This document shows, in pieces, positions 1 to 11,919 of a stretch of 64,000 nucleotides of DNA (positions are counted from its first letter, which is position 1; every line of letters begins with the position of its first letter). The stretch spans positions 310,001 to 374,000 of the forward strand of contig QPGO01000053.1 of assembly GCA_008632985.1 (NCBI GenBank). The letters run 5' to 3'. This DNA comes from Psammoneis japonica (lineage: Eukaryota). The notes under the pieces were generated by a model. It was given only the letters and a program-made list of their open reading frames with translations. It was not told the DNA's origin and ran no database searches. Both the position numbers and the translations under genes were made by a program.

Positions 1-465
1 CTCTTTCTTCTCTGGTTGTTCTGAGTCTTGGCTTCACCAGGAGTGTCATAAGCTCCAACCATGTAGTCTGCTGGGGGATCTATTTTTGCTGGCCAATAGC
101 GAAATGCTCCATCCAAAGAATCATCAATCCTCACATTTCCGCTCATGATTCCCTTGTTGTTGACGCTGGCGGCGTATTCAACCTTGTGTTTGCCGTCGGT
201 CTGCGCAAATTGGCAAGCGACTCCATGGATATCTGTCATATACGTCCCCTTGAAGATAATGCAGTACCCATTCTTGAAACTTCTGCCGCTGATCTTGCCA
301 CTACGAAACTCCAAATGAGCTGAAATGTGACCGTAACTCGATGCCTTTGATGTCATTTTGCAATCTCCATTCCAATCACCGGAAGGCAACACAGGGTTCG
401 TGTCTTTTGGACCCACATGCTCGCAACAGCTTGCAACTGGAGTAAGTGGATTGTCCGCAGCCCAT
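1..465 (-). CDS. Partial hypothetical protein running off the window start; start uncertain (possible frameshift)
   Basis: Stop-free minus frame from ~460 to position 1 (…PVLPSGDWNGDCKMTSK…LEFRSGKISGRS…GAFRYWP…). An MGCGQST myristoylation-like start at 465 is one base out of frame with it. In-frame ATG at 356. Confidence 0.4.
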
Positions 466-615
466 GATGATTGTGTGGCTTGTGTTCTTTTGTGGCGAAG
501 TTTTGTGTGAGAGTTTTCTTCGGCGTGGTGGTGAAATTGGGTTTTTGATTCGCGGTTTTACAGTAGTCGCACTTGTGTTATTGGTTACGTGTTTTTGGAT
601 ATTTTCGATGACTTT

Positions 616-763
616 GAAACTGTGGAACACTTGGGGGTCGCGATTTGGAGTTTTTGACCCCCAGACCTATTTTAATGCACGCCCACATGTCTGTAGAATG
701 CATTAAAATACCAACGGTCCAAATCAGGTCGTGTTTAGCATGTCAAAAGTGTTCCACAATTTC
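616..763. repeat. Nested inverted-repeat element (~150 bp)
   Basis: Outer IR gaaactgtggaacactt (616-632) / aagtgttccacaatttc (747-763), one mismatch. Inner hairpins tgggggtc/gaccccca (632-664) and tattttaatgca/tgcattaaaata (668-710). Confidence 0.7.
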
Positions 764-1258
764 GGTTGCTCGCCAATCAAAGAAATGAGGCACAACATTA
801 ATTATTTTAATAATTATATATATTTCAATGATCACACCCAAAACTCATACCTCATCTTCCGAAAAAACCGCCAGAGCTTACCCCCCCATTCCCCCCCCAC
901 GGAATGAGCAGACTCAGCTTTCCATCGATGTATCGCATGTGGGGTAACTGTGCGTACAAAATTTCAACTCATCATAAATACTCAAGTGCACGGTAGGGAA
1001 ACTACCCACTTCATCCCTGGAAGCTGCGCCTGCCTGGGCAAAGGGCAAAGTGACCTGGTCAGTCGTGTATGGGTCGTGGCGGATATACTGAAATACCTAC
1101 GTACGTACTGATTTATTTGGATTCCGGATTCCTCTTCATTCATCATCATCGACACGCGGGGGCTGACGGACAAGTGAGGTAGGAGTGAGGAGTCGTCGTC
1201 GAAGTCCGCGATCCGCGAAAAGAAGCGTGAGGCGTGAGGAGTGAGGAGAGAGTCGACC

Positions 1259-1984
1259 ATGGCGAGAACGCACGCAGTTAGTTGTATGGCAAGAGCATTA
1301 TCTCCACATAGATCATGCCAGAATCTACTGCCTTTGTACAGGTCTTTTTTTGCATCGTCCACAGACCACACAACACTCGTTGCGAACGCCGTAGTGCACG
1401 TGCTTCCAAGCGGCGATGACAAGATTCGCCAGTACATGCTGGTGGCCGACAACATGCCGGTAGATGTAGTGGCAAAGGAACCAAAATTGGGTTTGGCTCG
1501 TTTGTTTGTTGAAGGGAATGCCATGTTTGGAGTCAAAGTGATCAATCGCGCCTTGGGAAAACCGGTAGATGTTTGTGGAAAATTGGTGGACGCCGCCATG
1601 TCTGACATTAGCACGGGACAACCGACTGCACTTGCATCGTTGGATGGCCTTTGCAGTTGGGTAGAAAAGGGGATTATTAAAAACGACAGTCCACTCTTGA
1701 AAGAATTGCAAACACACGACAAGGATGCATTTGAGGCTGTAGAAGCGATCGCGACGGGCAAGCCACGACCCGGTCACCAAGTGCTGGGACAAGGCACGTT
1801 TCGAGACGGCCAGGACGGATGGGAGGCTTTGGCAGCCGAATTTGTAGATCAGGGCTTATCGGACGAGTCTGAGCTATATCTGTCCAAGGGTGGCAAGTTG
1901 GCAGCGATTGAATCTCTCGCCGATACATCAAAAGACTACTTGTCAAGTGCAGGCGGTGCCATGGCACGTTTTTCTTTCTCATGA
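1259..1984 (+). CDS. Hypothetical protein, probable organellar transit peptide
   Basis: Intronless 241-aa ORF from ATG 1259. Basic, Ser/Arg-rich N-terminus followed by globular-looking sequence. No motif recognised. Confidence 0.7.
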   Translation: MARTHAVSCMARALSPHRSCQNLLPLYRSFFASSTDHTTLVANAVVHVLPSGDDKIRQYMLVADNMPVDVVAKEPKLGLARLFVEGNAMFGVKVINRALGKPVDVCGKLVDAAMSDISTGQPTALASLDGLCSWVEKGIIKNDSPLLKELQTHDKDAFEAVEAIATGKPRPGHQVLGQGTFRDGQDGWEALAAEFVDQGLSDESELYLSKGGKLAAIESLADTSKDYLSSAGGAMARFSFS

Positions 1985-2809
1985 GGAATAGTCGTAGTAT
2001 CTCCTCATACTCCGTATACAAGCTACTGTTTATGCTACTGTATAATGTATTGTGCTTTGTGGCGTTTTTGCCACCCTTTGATCGGGTGACTGCTGTGATT
2101 CTTCAAGGTAGCGACCGCTGAGTGAAGAACAGGATACAAGAAAGAAGAAGAAGAGAAGATCTCCTTGTTACGAAATTTTCCGAAATCCTCTCAGCTTGCT
2201 TCCTTGCTTCTAGAACGAATCTATTTCAACTAGAAGCATGTCTATCCGCTAATGATTCAGCTGAAACGATTCAACAAACTGCAGGACCAAGATGGATAGT
2301 GTTAGGTGATTGCAAAGTGATTGCCTTCATCCATGCGAGTTTTCACACGCCTATTCTTGCATTTTTATCCTGCCAGCTCTTCAATCTAGTACCTGGGAGG
2401 TCTCCTTATCCTCCGTGGCTGTTGTCGTCAAAGCCCGCCATTGTCGGGATGACTGCGGTCGAAGAATGCCAAGAAGCTGTTTCGAAATTTCGCTCGGGAT
2501 GTTTGTAATCAGACACGAACAACACTTAAAAAATTTTCAGTGACCTTTCTATAAAATTGAATATTATGCATCGACGTAGATAACGATTTAGGATAACCGG
2601 CAGAGATCGAATGTCCACTTCATACCGAACTTTTGCGTAGACAGCTACGTGGGGGCTCCCTACTTCACCGATAGAAAGGGCTGTTGTGTTGAAGCCGCGA
2701 TGGAAGTCGTGTGCTGTTGTGTTGTTGCTGCCTCGCCCTGTTGCTATTATTCTCCTTGCATTCACGTCTCGCAATTGCGATTGAGACGCAAGGTGTCTCT
2801 ACATTTATC

Positions 2810-5207
2810 ATGTTTGGGAGAAAAAAGAAGAAGAGCGGTCTCAAAGGCGGCTCTGCGAAAGCAAACGGTCCGGGTGCAACGTCGGTCCCCGGAGGGAATA
2901 CCGTGTTTCGCGTGACTGTGCCTGACAATGTGAAACCGGGCGAGGAATTCCAAGTCTATGCCGGCAATCGCATTGTTCGCGTCAAGTGCCCTCCAGACTC
3001 AAGTCCCGGTCAAGCGCTTCAGATTACAGTTCCGACTGATCCCAGCGGCAGTGACAGCGGAAGTCTCGGGAGCGGAAATTTCAAGCCTGCTCCTCCCCCT
3101 CCGCCGGTTGACGATCTCCCCCCGGACTCTCCCAATGTCCGTCAGCTGAACGATAGTAACGCTTACATGGTGACGATTCCTGATGGAGTACTGCCTGGAA
3201 CTCAGTTCCCCGTCACGATCCGTGGACAGCAGCTTATGGTTACATGTCCTCAGAACGCTCGTGCCGGTACTCAGGTGAGAATCGTCCCCCCACCTCCGCC
3301 TGCCTCGCTGGACCGGCCTCCAGAGAACCGTCCAGTGGCACCACAGCGTCCTCCCAAGGATGAGAGCACACAGTTGTTTGAAGTGGAGGTTCCTCCCGGA
3401 GTACAACCGGGATCGCCCTTTGCTCTGTTGGCTGGAGGCGTCCGGGTGTTGGTGACGTGCCCCACGAATGCGTCTCCCGGACAGCGAATCCGATTCAAGT
3501 TGCCCAAGGCCTTGACGGAGAAAACGCGTGAAGCGCCTGCGGATAACTCTGCAGCTGCTATTCGACTCTCGTACGATAAGGATGGATGGACGCGTACCGT
3601 GAGAATTTCAGATATGAAATTCCAATGGGTCCGTATGGATGACAAGGGAGACGTCGATACCAACAAGCGCTTTAGCATAAAGAATTCGGCCTATGTGCGC
3701 AAACTCGAATTGAGGCAAGGCGATGATCCGAGAATCAGAACAGGAATTATCAGTCTTGTGCCAGCCAATGAAGGTCTCGTGGACTCCAAGATTAAGAACG
3801 TTGAAGGCCGCGATTTGGTTTCCTATTCTGATATCGCTGGAGCGCAGATCAAACCCTTTGAAGAAAAGGCACAGTGGTTCCAGGATACTTGCGCTCAGCT
3901 TTGTGTCGAGTGGAACGAAGGTCACATGCGTATGAATGTCCGTCGCGCATTCTTGTTGGGAGATTCCGTCGATGCCGTCATGAGTCTGAGTCGCAAGGAT
4001 TTGCGCAAGTTGTGGAGATTTGAGTTTATCGGTGAGATGGGTATTGACGCCGGCGGACTGGCCAGAGAATGGTTTCAGCTCGTTACAGAAGAAATCTTTG
4101 ATCCTGACATGGGTCTTTGGCAATCCAGTGCGGTCAACCAAATGTCCATGCAAGTCAATCCTGCTTCAGGTGAGTTCAGAAAGAAAATATCGTTTAGCTA
4201 GCTACTTAGTCTTTTCTACACTCTGATGTACCCGTTTCTTCTTCTTTTCTTCCACAGAATTTTGTTGCGAGGACCACTTGGTGTACTATCGTTTCTTGGG
4301 TCGCGTTATGGGAAAGGCCCTCTTTGATCGCCAGTTGTGTTCGGGTCACATGGTGCAGTACATTTACAAGCACATGCTCGGCTGGCCTGTGGCCTTTGCT
4401 GATCTCGAAACCGTTGACGAGGAGTATTTCAACAATCTTAAACAACTAGAAACGCTGGTGGAAAACGGTGAAGACTTGTCCATGATGTGCCTGGACTTTA
4501 CGACCACGACTGAAGTCTTGGGTACAAAGGAAGAGATTGAGTTGATTCCGGGCGGCGCCGACGTTGAATTGGACAACGATAACTTTCCCGAATACCTTGA
4601 GGCCTGTCTCAAATATAAGCTACTCGAGGTCGTCAAGCCCCAGCTGAATGAATTGCTCTTGGGTTTCTTTGATGTCATTCCCGAGCCTCTCCTTACCGTG
4701 TTTGACTTTCAAGAATTAGAGTTGCTCATGTGCGGTCTACCCGAAATCGATATGGACGATTGGAAGACCCACACGGAGTATTCCGGCGAGTACGATGGAG
4801 ATCCAGACCATCCTGCCTGCCATTGGTTCTGGGAAGTTGTTACGGACTTTGATCACGAAATGAAGGCCCGTCTCCTTCAGTTTGTCACGGGAACTTCGGG
4901 TGTGCCGTCGCGAGGCTTTGGTGTGTTGCAGGGAAACGACGGAAATATCCGAAAATTCACAGTGCACGGCGTTCCAGTTGGCGTCTGCCTTTACCCTCGC
5001 GCACAGTAAGTACTGTAGAGGAAATGGGGAGACATTTCGTTCTCATGTTGATGCGACCTGTCACCTAACTTTGTGCTTGAACTTTCGTTTCGTCGTAGCA
5101 CTTGCTTCAATCGGATTGATCTTCCAATGTATGAATCCAAGGAGGAATTGGAGGAGAAGTTGAAGCTTGCAGTGACGATGGTTGCGACGGGCTTCGACAT
5201 TGAGTAG
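2810..5207 (+). CDS. HECT-domain E3 ubiquitin ligase with three N-terminal ~45-aa repeats
   Basis: Exons 2810-4169, 4258-5005 and 5099-5207 joined by GT-AG introns in frame. Motifs EFIGEMGIDAGGLAREWF, LLQFVTGTS and catalytic PRAHTCFNRIDLP (split by intron 2). Confidence 0.95.
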
Positions 5208-5938
5208 CAACCCCAGCCGTGATTTACTTTTATGTTTGTATGTGGAGCTTCTGCGATTAGAGAGATTGTTACCTATTTCTGGCCAATTGCTTCTTTACTG
5301 TAGCGTAAGAGTAACTCCGTCTAGGTAGCATTGAGGAGAAGCAATGAGTCGTTGTAAATAAGCAGTGTGCACCTTCTATCATTAGTAAAAGTTGAATAAA
5401 CATAGGGTCAGTTTCACCTCCGTGCTTCCAAGTTTTGCATTGCATTCCTGTCCCTGTGATTTTCAACGTGAAGTTTCGCTTTGTCGGAAATCAAAATCTA
5501 GTTTAGGGATGAGTTCCTTTGCAATCTAGGTCCACAGGTAACAAAACAAAAGGAAGCGTCCACCATATGACGTGTTCCACAAAGTATACTCCAAGAAGGA
5601 CACGTTTGAATATGTCTTTGTCGTTCATTTATGGGTACAGTATGCATGGATGCATGGACAACCACAGAGAGAAAGAAGAAAAGGGCCTAATAAATATCAT
5701 AATTGTTGGACGGCGGTTGCAATTTGAATTGTTGTATTACATTCATGTATCCATTTTACTGTATATTTTTTGTTCAAAATTTCAAAAAGATGCGTTGGGC
5801 GGAAAAAAAGACAGGAGAGATTTGCATCAATGTCAAAGTATCAAAGCTCGCCTCTTCACAACCTCTAGACCTAGGGCTCTACTACTTTGGGATCGTGACC
5901 CTTGCTACCGCTTGACCTTAACCATTTTTTTTTTCATT

Positions 5939-7516
5939 ATGGCAAGAGGCGTCGTTGTTGAGAGCAAACCCTCCTTCGAACAAACATCCAGAGCGTCAAG
6001 GCAAGGAATAGGTGAATCATCATGCGAGTTGGAATGTGTTGATGTCGACTTTGAGCCAGACACAAAGGTGGATAAAAGAATATCGAGACGACTGTGGTGT
6101 CGAGTTGCTTTCATCTCTATCTCATTGATAACTTTGGTTGCTATTTCAGTGATAACACTGACACTGATCACGGGGAACTTGGACCGCCAAGACGAGCATG
6201 ATGAACCTTCGGTTCTCAGCCCACAAAATTCAGATGATCGATCTCCTTTGCCATCCCATCAAGAGACTTTGATGCCGTCAACGTGGATTCCAGACGAAGA
6301 AAAAGAACTTTTGTCACCTTCTCTGTCTCCTATTGTCGACTTCCAGCCAGTGAAAGACAGTCTCCCAACGACCATTCCGACGAGTACTTTTTCTTCTTCC
6401 AAGTTCAGTGCAGAGTGGCTGCAAGTTGGTAAGGATATTGTAGGAACTCGACCTGATTCTCTATTTGGAACCACGATTGCTTTGTCAGAAGACGGAAGAA
6501 GAGTAGCTGTTGGGGCTAGGCACTATGACAGCGGAGAAAGGATAAAAAACAACGGTCTCTTACGCGTTTTCGAAGATAAAAACGGTGGTTGGACGCAGCT
6601 TGGTAATGATATTGAGGGACAAGGTCCTGAACAAATGTTAGGGAAGACAATTTCAATGTCCAGCAACGGGGAAATAGTCGCCGTGAGTGTTAATTCTTAT
6701 GATGAGCATTTTGACCCTCGTGTTCAGGTCAAAGTGTATCAGTACAGCGACGGTAACTGGCAAATTTTAGGTGCTCCGATTGACGGCAACACTGGAACTA
6801 TGTTGAGTGAGAGTTCTGTAGCAATGTCGAGGAGTGGAGATACAGTTGCAATTGTAAATGAAACGCTCGCAACTGTGTATAAAATACTTGGCGATGGGTG
6901 GTCGCAACTTGGAAACGACGTATTACTCGTTCAAGAAAGCAACAAGGCTAGCTCTATCCCGCAGGTGTCAGTTTCTGACCGGTATCTGATCATTGTCAAC
7001 AAGGGAATGCTTCAAATGTATCAGCGTTTACAAGGTGCTTGGTCGAGTGTGATGTGTGATGTGGACGTAGAATATATCGATGGGCACATCAAAGACGTCG
7101 TTGCAGTGTCACGTGACGGGACAATCATGGCCGCTAAATCAAGAACCACTAATCAGTATGAAGTGATGATGCGTCAAACTAACGCCATTGAAGACAATTT
7201 CTCTTGCTCTTGGGCTCAAATTGGAGGCAAAATTGAGTGGACGGCTAATGATGAGTATTCAAGGGTTGATATTTCCTTGTCAGGCAATGGAACAATGATC
7301 GCCTTCCATGGAGACAGAAGTACTACTACCACTGTATTCAGCTTTGATCAACTAAAAGGTTGGGCTCCAAATGCGCGCGACCTGGATACAGGCAAGTTTT
7401 CCTCAACCGCTGTCGTGCTGTCTGGCGATGGCCGTCGCGTCGCCCTTGGCGTAGGTGGTGACGACAGTCAGTTGGAAAGTGTCCGTGTTCTACATTTTTT
7501 GGAGACTCCTACGTAA
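5939..7516 (+). CDS. Single-pass membrane protein with extracellular beta-propeller (FG-GAP/WD-like repeats)
   Basis: TM segment VAFISISLITLVAISVITLTLI, a P/S/T linker, then repeated W.Q(L/V/I)G.DI.G and (A/S)LS.DG.RVA(V/L)G motifs. The track ORF upstream of ATG 5939 looks non-coding. Confidence 0.8.
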   Translation: MARGVVVESKPSFEQTSRASRQGIGESSCELECVDVDFEPDTKVDKRISRRLWCRVAFISISLITLVAISVITLTLITGNLDRQDEHDEPSVLSPQNSDDRSPLPSHQETLMPSTWIPDEEKELLSPSLSPIVDFQPVKDSLPTTIPTSTFSSSKFSAEWLQVGKDIVGTRPDSLFGTTIALSEDGRRVAVGARHYDSGERIKNNGLLRVFEDKNGGWTQLGNDIEGQGPEQMLGKTISMSSNGEIVAVSVNSYDEHFDPRVQVKVYQYSDGNWQILGAPIDGNTGTMLSESSVAMSRSGDTVAIVNETLATVYKILGDGWSQLGNDVLLVQESNKASSIPQVSVSDRYLIIVNKGMLQMYQRLQGAWSSVMCDVDVEYIDGHIKDVVAVSRDGTIMAAKSRTTNQYEVMMRQTNAIEDNFSCSWAQIGGKIEWTANDEYSRVDISLSGNGTMIAFHGDRSTTTTVFSFDQLKGWAPNARDLDTGKFSSTAVVLSGDGRRVALGVGGDDSQLESVRVLHFLETPT

Positions 7517-7527
7517 GTTCTATTCTT

Positions 7528-8247
7528 TTATTTCTGGGGTAAAAGAATATTCTCCTGCAACCTTAGCCGCGGCAGTATCGAAAGAAGCGACTTCAATGTA
7601 GCTGGTGAGACTATCACAACCTTTCCTATGACTGGATTGAGCAGAGCAATTTCCTGAAAAATGGCTTCAGAAGGAATAAACATGAATACCCAATCCGCCG
7701 TTTCGCCTTCGATAGTATACTTCTCTGGCAGTTTCTTGGCGCGGCTTGTTGTAGCTCTTCGCAACCCGTTAAGCGCTCTTTTGACCTTGTTGGGGTTATT
7801 GGTGGACTTTGCGTGCAAAACTTTTTCATAAGGACGTAATATAAACTTGGAATCAATGCAAATATTACCAAGAGTAGGGATGTGAAGGATTGCATCAGGC
7901 CTGTTTTCATTGGAAAGTGCGGTTTGTAAAGTGTATGAATGGGACCCGATGTTCGACTCTTTCAAAACACGTTTCAATATAATCTCTCCACCTCTACCAA
8001 TCTTGTTGGGACAAAAAGAAGCCTCTTTATTTTTCCGCTTGTTTGCAGCTGCTTCGTGCAAGATATCGGCTAGCTCCTTGTCCGTCTCCAGCGAAGGGGT
8101 CCACAAGATCTCTTTCTGCACTAAAGATGTAAATATTGTTTTGTGGTGCAATCGAAAGACTGACGAAGGTGAAATCCTTGTCTTTGCCCATGTTCCTTTG
8201 CTAGCAAGTGCAGTACCTCTTTGAATCATCATGGTAATTGGCAACAT
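7528..8247 (-). CDS. RmuC-family PD-(D/E)XK nuclease-like protein with putative mitochondrial transit peptide
   Basis: GRGGEIILKRVL, RPDAILHIP…ICIDSKF, KY.IEGETADWVFMFIPSEAIF and VVIVSPATL match RmuC motifs. Intronless. Stop lies 11 bp from the convergent gene's stop. Confidence 0.8.
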   Translation of the reverse strand: MLPITMMIQRGTALASKGTWAKTRISPSSVFRLHHKTIFTSLVQKEILWTPSLETDKELADILHEAAANKRKNKEASFCPNKIGRGGEIILKRVLKESNIGSHSYTLQTALSNENRPDAILHIPTLGNICIDSKFILRPYEKVLHAKSTNNPNKVKRALNGLRRATTSRAKKLPEKYTIEGETADWVFMFIPSEAIFQEIALLNPVIGKVVIVSPATLKSLLSILPRLRLQENILLPQK

Positions 8248-8819
8248 TTTTTCATTGAAGTTGTGAGTGGCCGGAAAAGCAAGGGTGAAAGGCCATTGGA
8301 TTCTCTCTTTTATTTGTAGACCCGCTTTCGCGTGGTTTGACAAACGCTATGCAAAATGGTACTATTCTAGACTGAAGACTAAAGGATTTAATAAACTTTT
8401 TTAAAGTTACATTTCGTAAACTAAAACCAAACGCCAATGTCGCACTTCGCAGTTTGAAGTTCGAAGTCGTCGGCGCGCAGTCGTCGTCGTGCGCGCTTTC
8501 GTCGCGCGAAGCCAATCATGTGAGTACTCTGTGGTACCGTACGTACGTGGAGTTGTACGTATCTTTTTCATATCACTATCACCTATCCAGAACATAAGAA
8601 GTACATAGTTCTGATAGTGACTAACCGTTAAAAAATTTGAAAGACCTAACTTACTCTCCTCTCGTTTTCGCGGCTCTGCATCGCCTCTCAACCAAGGGAG
8701 TGGAGCGTTGACTGAACCAACTGGTTTTTCTGTATGTGTACACAGAACGATCCTTTGAGTCACAATATTCCTTTGTTTTACGTGTGGCAGGTCCATTCCT
8801 AAAAGGCGTCAAACGAAAC

Positions 8820-10602
8820 ATGAAGCCTTCCAGACAGAGACGACAACGTGGTCTGCACAATGTAACAACACAAAGGCGCCTTTTAGTCGTGATTGTTCGG
8901 CTGAGCGGAATAGTGTCGCAGCAGCCAACGTCGTCCCCTACGACGTCGTTTGTACCTTCATTAACAGTGGTTCCTTCTACTTTGCCGTCCATCTCCATGC
9001 TACCCTCGGAGTCGATGTCACCGACAAGCATGCCTGTTCCGCAACCTTCGAGCTCTCCATCGGCTAACCCAACAATTGCTCCGTCAGGCCACCCATCGCT
9101 GTCCTTTGATCCTACGGTTTCAAGTGCGCCGTCATTGACACCAACCATAACGCCTATTCCAACCACATCCGCACAACCTTCGTCTGTACCGTCAGTATCT
9201 TCCGAACCTACTGAGTCTCCAGCACCGAGCCAGATCCCATCCATCTCATTTGTTCCCACGAAGTCAGCCATGCCTTCCGATGTGCCCACTAGAAGTCCTT
9301 CAGTATCGCCTTCAATGAGCCCTACCGTGTCTCTTGTGCCCACAAGTAGTCCTAACCCCAGTATGCAACCATCAGTTTCATTTGGGCCGACAATATCCTC
9401 GGTGCCATCATCTCTTCCAACTGAGAGTCCAGCTCCAACCGAATCATCCGCTCCATCAGCACGGCCATCCACCGGATTTCCGTCAGCTACGCCTTCTGCC
9501 TATCCTACCAAAATGCCTTCCGTCTCACCAACAGACTTTCCCTCTCTCACTCCTTCGGGGGAGCCTACCATGCTTCCGTCATCGGCTCCATCAAGAGAGA
9601 TGATTTCGGTTAAATTTAACAACAACTTCATGTCTATAAGGAATATGGACGATTTAACTGAAGGCAAGAAACTGATTTGGAATGATATTACAAGTGAGCA
9701 CATTGCAACGTATTGGAATGCTCGTCCTCTTATTGACATTGTGAGTTGGTGTTATCTTCGACACATTCTACATTTCTTCGTTGGCCTCTCACAACTCCTA
9801 TTTTTGTTCAATCCTGTAGGTTGTATCCAATGTCACAACAATTAGTCGCGATACAGAACAAGTTTCTGCGGACACCGTTAAAGTATTTTACGCCCAAGAC
9901 ATAACGTACTCTGTCGAGAATGATGCGACCGGAGGAGATGGGGAACAAGCCAAAATCCTTGCGATACGTCCGTTTGAGACTGATTTTCAGCGGTATGCAG
10001 ATGCCTTGCATGCTGCTGATCTTGCGCCAACAAGTTTTCTGACTCTTGTTGAGATCAGTATTGGTGATTCAGATTCCTCTAACAATACAGGGGCGATAGT
10101 CGGCGCCGTTCTTGGGAGTCTTTTAGGAGTGGGTTTGTTGCTTTTCGGATACTACTACTACAAGCGATACCGACGCCAGAAGAGATTGTCGACTGAAGAC
10201 TATCCAGAATACAATGCCGATCTTGCAACACAGGATAATGTCATTCTTCCGCAAGATGTATCCTCACAGTTGCAACCCGAGCCATCGAAACCTCCATCTT
10301 CTGCCGGAATGGCAGGGTCTGACATTGAACCATTTTCGATTGGATCGCAAGGTTACAATGTTGGTGGAAACGTAAGCGAGCTCAGTTTTCATTCAGATTT
10401 ACAACAAGGAGAAGGGTCGATTGGTGAGCAAAGCAGTCTAGAGAATGAGGGAGAAGGACAAGAAATAGAAAGCTCGGAAGAGGAGGAGGAAGAAGAGGTG
10501 GCTGGACCTTTTTCAACTGCTTTTGATATGCAAATTGATGAATTGGAAGACATGCAAATCGACGATTTGGAAGATATGACTTCACTGAAGAAAACTTTAT
10601 GA
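8820..10602 (+). CDS. Type I membrane protein with long P/S/T (PS..PT) mucin-like repeats
   Basis: Intron 9741-9819 (GTGAGT…CTGTAG) joins the two track ORFs in frame. TM GAIVGAVLGSLLGVGLLLFG followed by basic stop-transfer YYYYKRYRRQKR and an acidic tail. Start codon uncertain. Confidence 0.8.
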
Positions 10603-10721
10603 GGCGATTGTCTCGTTCCTTGTTGTGACTCTAGCTATGAATAAAATGGACCTGTATCAGCAGATTCGATTGTTAATTGGCAAAGAAAGCAGTGAAGGTG
10701 TAGACATCAAGTCTCAGTCTG

Positions 10722-11666
10722 CTACGCATTCTGTGATACATGAGATGCTAATTGTCCAAGCCATTTCAAGTCTTGACTTGTAAATGCTGCAAGTAATTGA
10801 TTCGATGACATGAGCCAACAATACTCTTCGTCTCCATCAATGCGTTGTAACACAACACACCTTCCGTTTTCATCGTCGACCAGACTTCTAACAGCAGGAT
10901 GCGTTGGTGGTAAGGATACGCGGCCGCTTGTTGACTTACGGAGCGTTTCTAGCGCTGCCTGTGTGCCATCTATAATATTTTCATCACTCTGGCTCTGTTC
11001 AATATTTCCCAACTGGTATAATACACGACCGGGAGCAAGCAACATCATATTCGTAGCTGGTGTCAAGGCGACAAACGATGCAGCAGACCATTGAACAGCT
11101 TCTTTGAAGTCGTTTTCTGTTGTTAGTTCCTGCGACCAACGTTGGACTAGACTTGCATCATCACGAGTTACACTCTGATAAGATCTGTCGTCCTTTTGGT
11201 CAAAGGAAATCCCCATGGCTTCCCTAGATTGCTTTTCAAATTCAATAGCAGCTTGCAGCAAAAGCAAACAACTGTAGACAACTGCCAATCCCTCAGATGA
11301 ATTGATACCACTGTCAACGTCTGAAGATAGCTTATGATTTACAGCTGTCAGAACCAACACCACCAAGCCAAACAGTAGTCGGACCCGAGGGCCCTCTAGA
11401 CCCGGGATAAAGAATCCAGATCCGCGCTCAATTGCGGCTGATGGTCGACTGTAGACACCCTTTTTTCGATCCTTAGAGGAAGCATACAACGCGGTTTTCT
11501 TTATCCTCGCAGGTGCAAGGGTCTTTGGCGATCTTTTTCGCAAATTTTGGCCCAATCTTGACGATCCGACGCAATTACAAAGTTGTAACGTTGGTGTTTG
11601 TTGAAGGACAAACGAAGAAGCACCGCATGCCGAGTTGCCGACAAGAAGCATCGCCAAGAATTTCAT
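10722..11666 (-). CDS. Cofactor assembly of complex C subunit B (CCB2/CCB4-like), plastid-targeted
   Basis: Signal peptide ending ASS-F plus transit peptide. YSRPSAAIERGSGFFIPGLEGPRVRLLFG, two TM helices and a GAF-like C-terminus (…AFTSQDLKWL). Confidence 0.7.
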   Translation of the reverse strand: MKFLAMLLVGNSACGASSFVLQQTPTLQLCNCVGSSRLGQNLRKRSPKTLAPARIKKTALYASSKDRKKGVYSRPSAAIERGSGFFIPGLEGPRVRLLFGLVVLVLTAVNHKLSSDVDSGINSSEGLAVVYSCLLLLQAAIEFEKQSREAMGISFDQKDDRSYQSVTRDDASLVQRWSQELTTENDFKEAVQWSAASFVALTPATNMMLLAPGRVLYQLGNIEQSQSDENIIDGTQAALETLRKSTSGRVSLPPTHPAVRSLVDDENGRCVVLQRIDGDEEYCWLMSSNQLLAAFTSQDLKWLGQLASHVSQNA

Positions 11667-11919
11667 GGCTTGTTCTTCCAACGTCAGACTTCAAGCTTAA
11701 GTAGCCGATAGAGAGATCTCTAACTATTTCGATTCTTACAGTCGCCGCGATTGTTACAGAGACGTTCTTTTTTTGACTGATGAGAGATGAGGGAAGCACG
11801 CGAGAGCTTTCAGTGACCCGTGCGCACTGCACTGTCGCACTGTGCGATGTGCTGTGTGCTGTGGCCGCAAGAAGACAGACACGCGGACAGAAAAGACATC
11901 AATCGCTTTTTACTCTAGT

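Noticed and set aside
982..1761. 259-aa minus ORF
   Set aside because: Antisense to the more protein-like plus ORF at 1259-1984.
5519..5938. N-terminal extension of the propeller protein
   Set aside because: Non-ATG start and AT-rich promoter/UTR-like sequence. ATG 5939 preferred.
8651..9472. 273-aa G/D/V-rich minus ORF
   Set aside because: Antisense shadow of the P/S/T repeat region.
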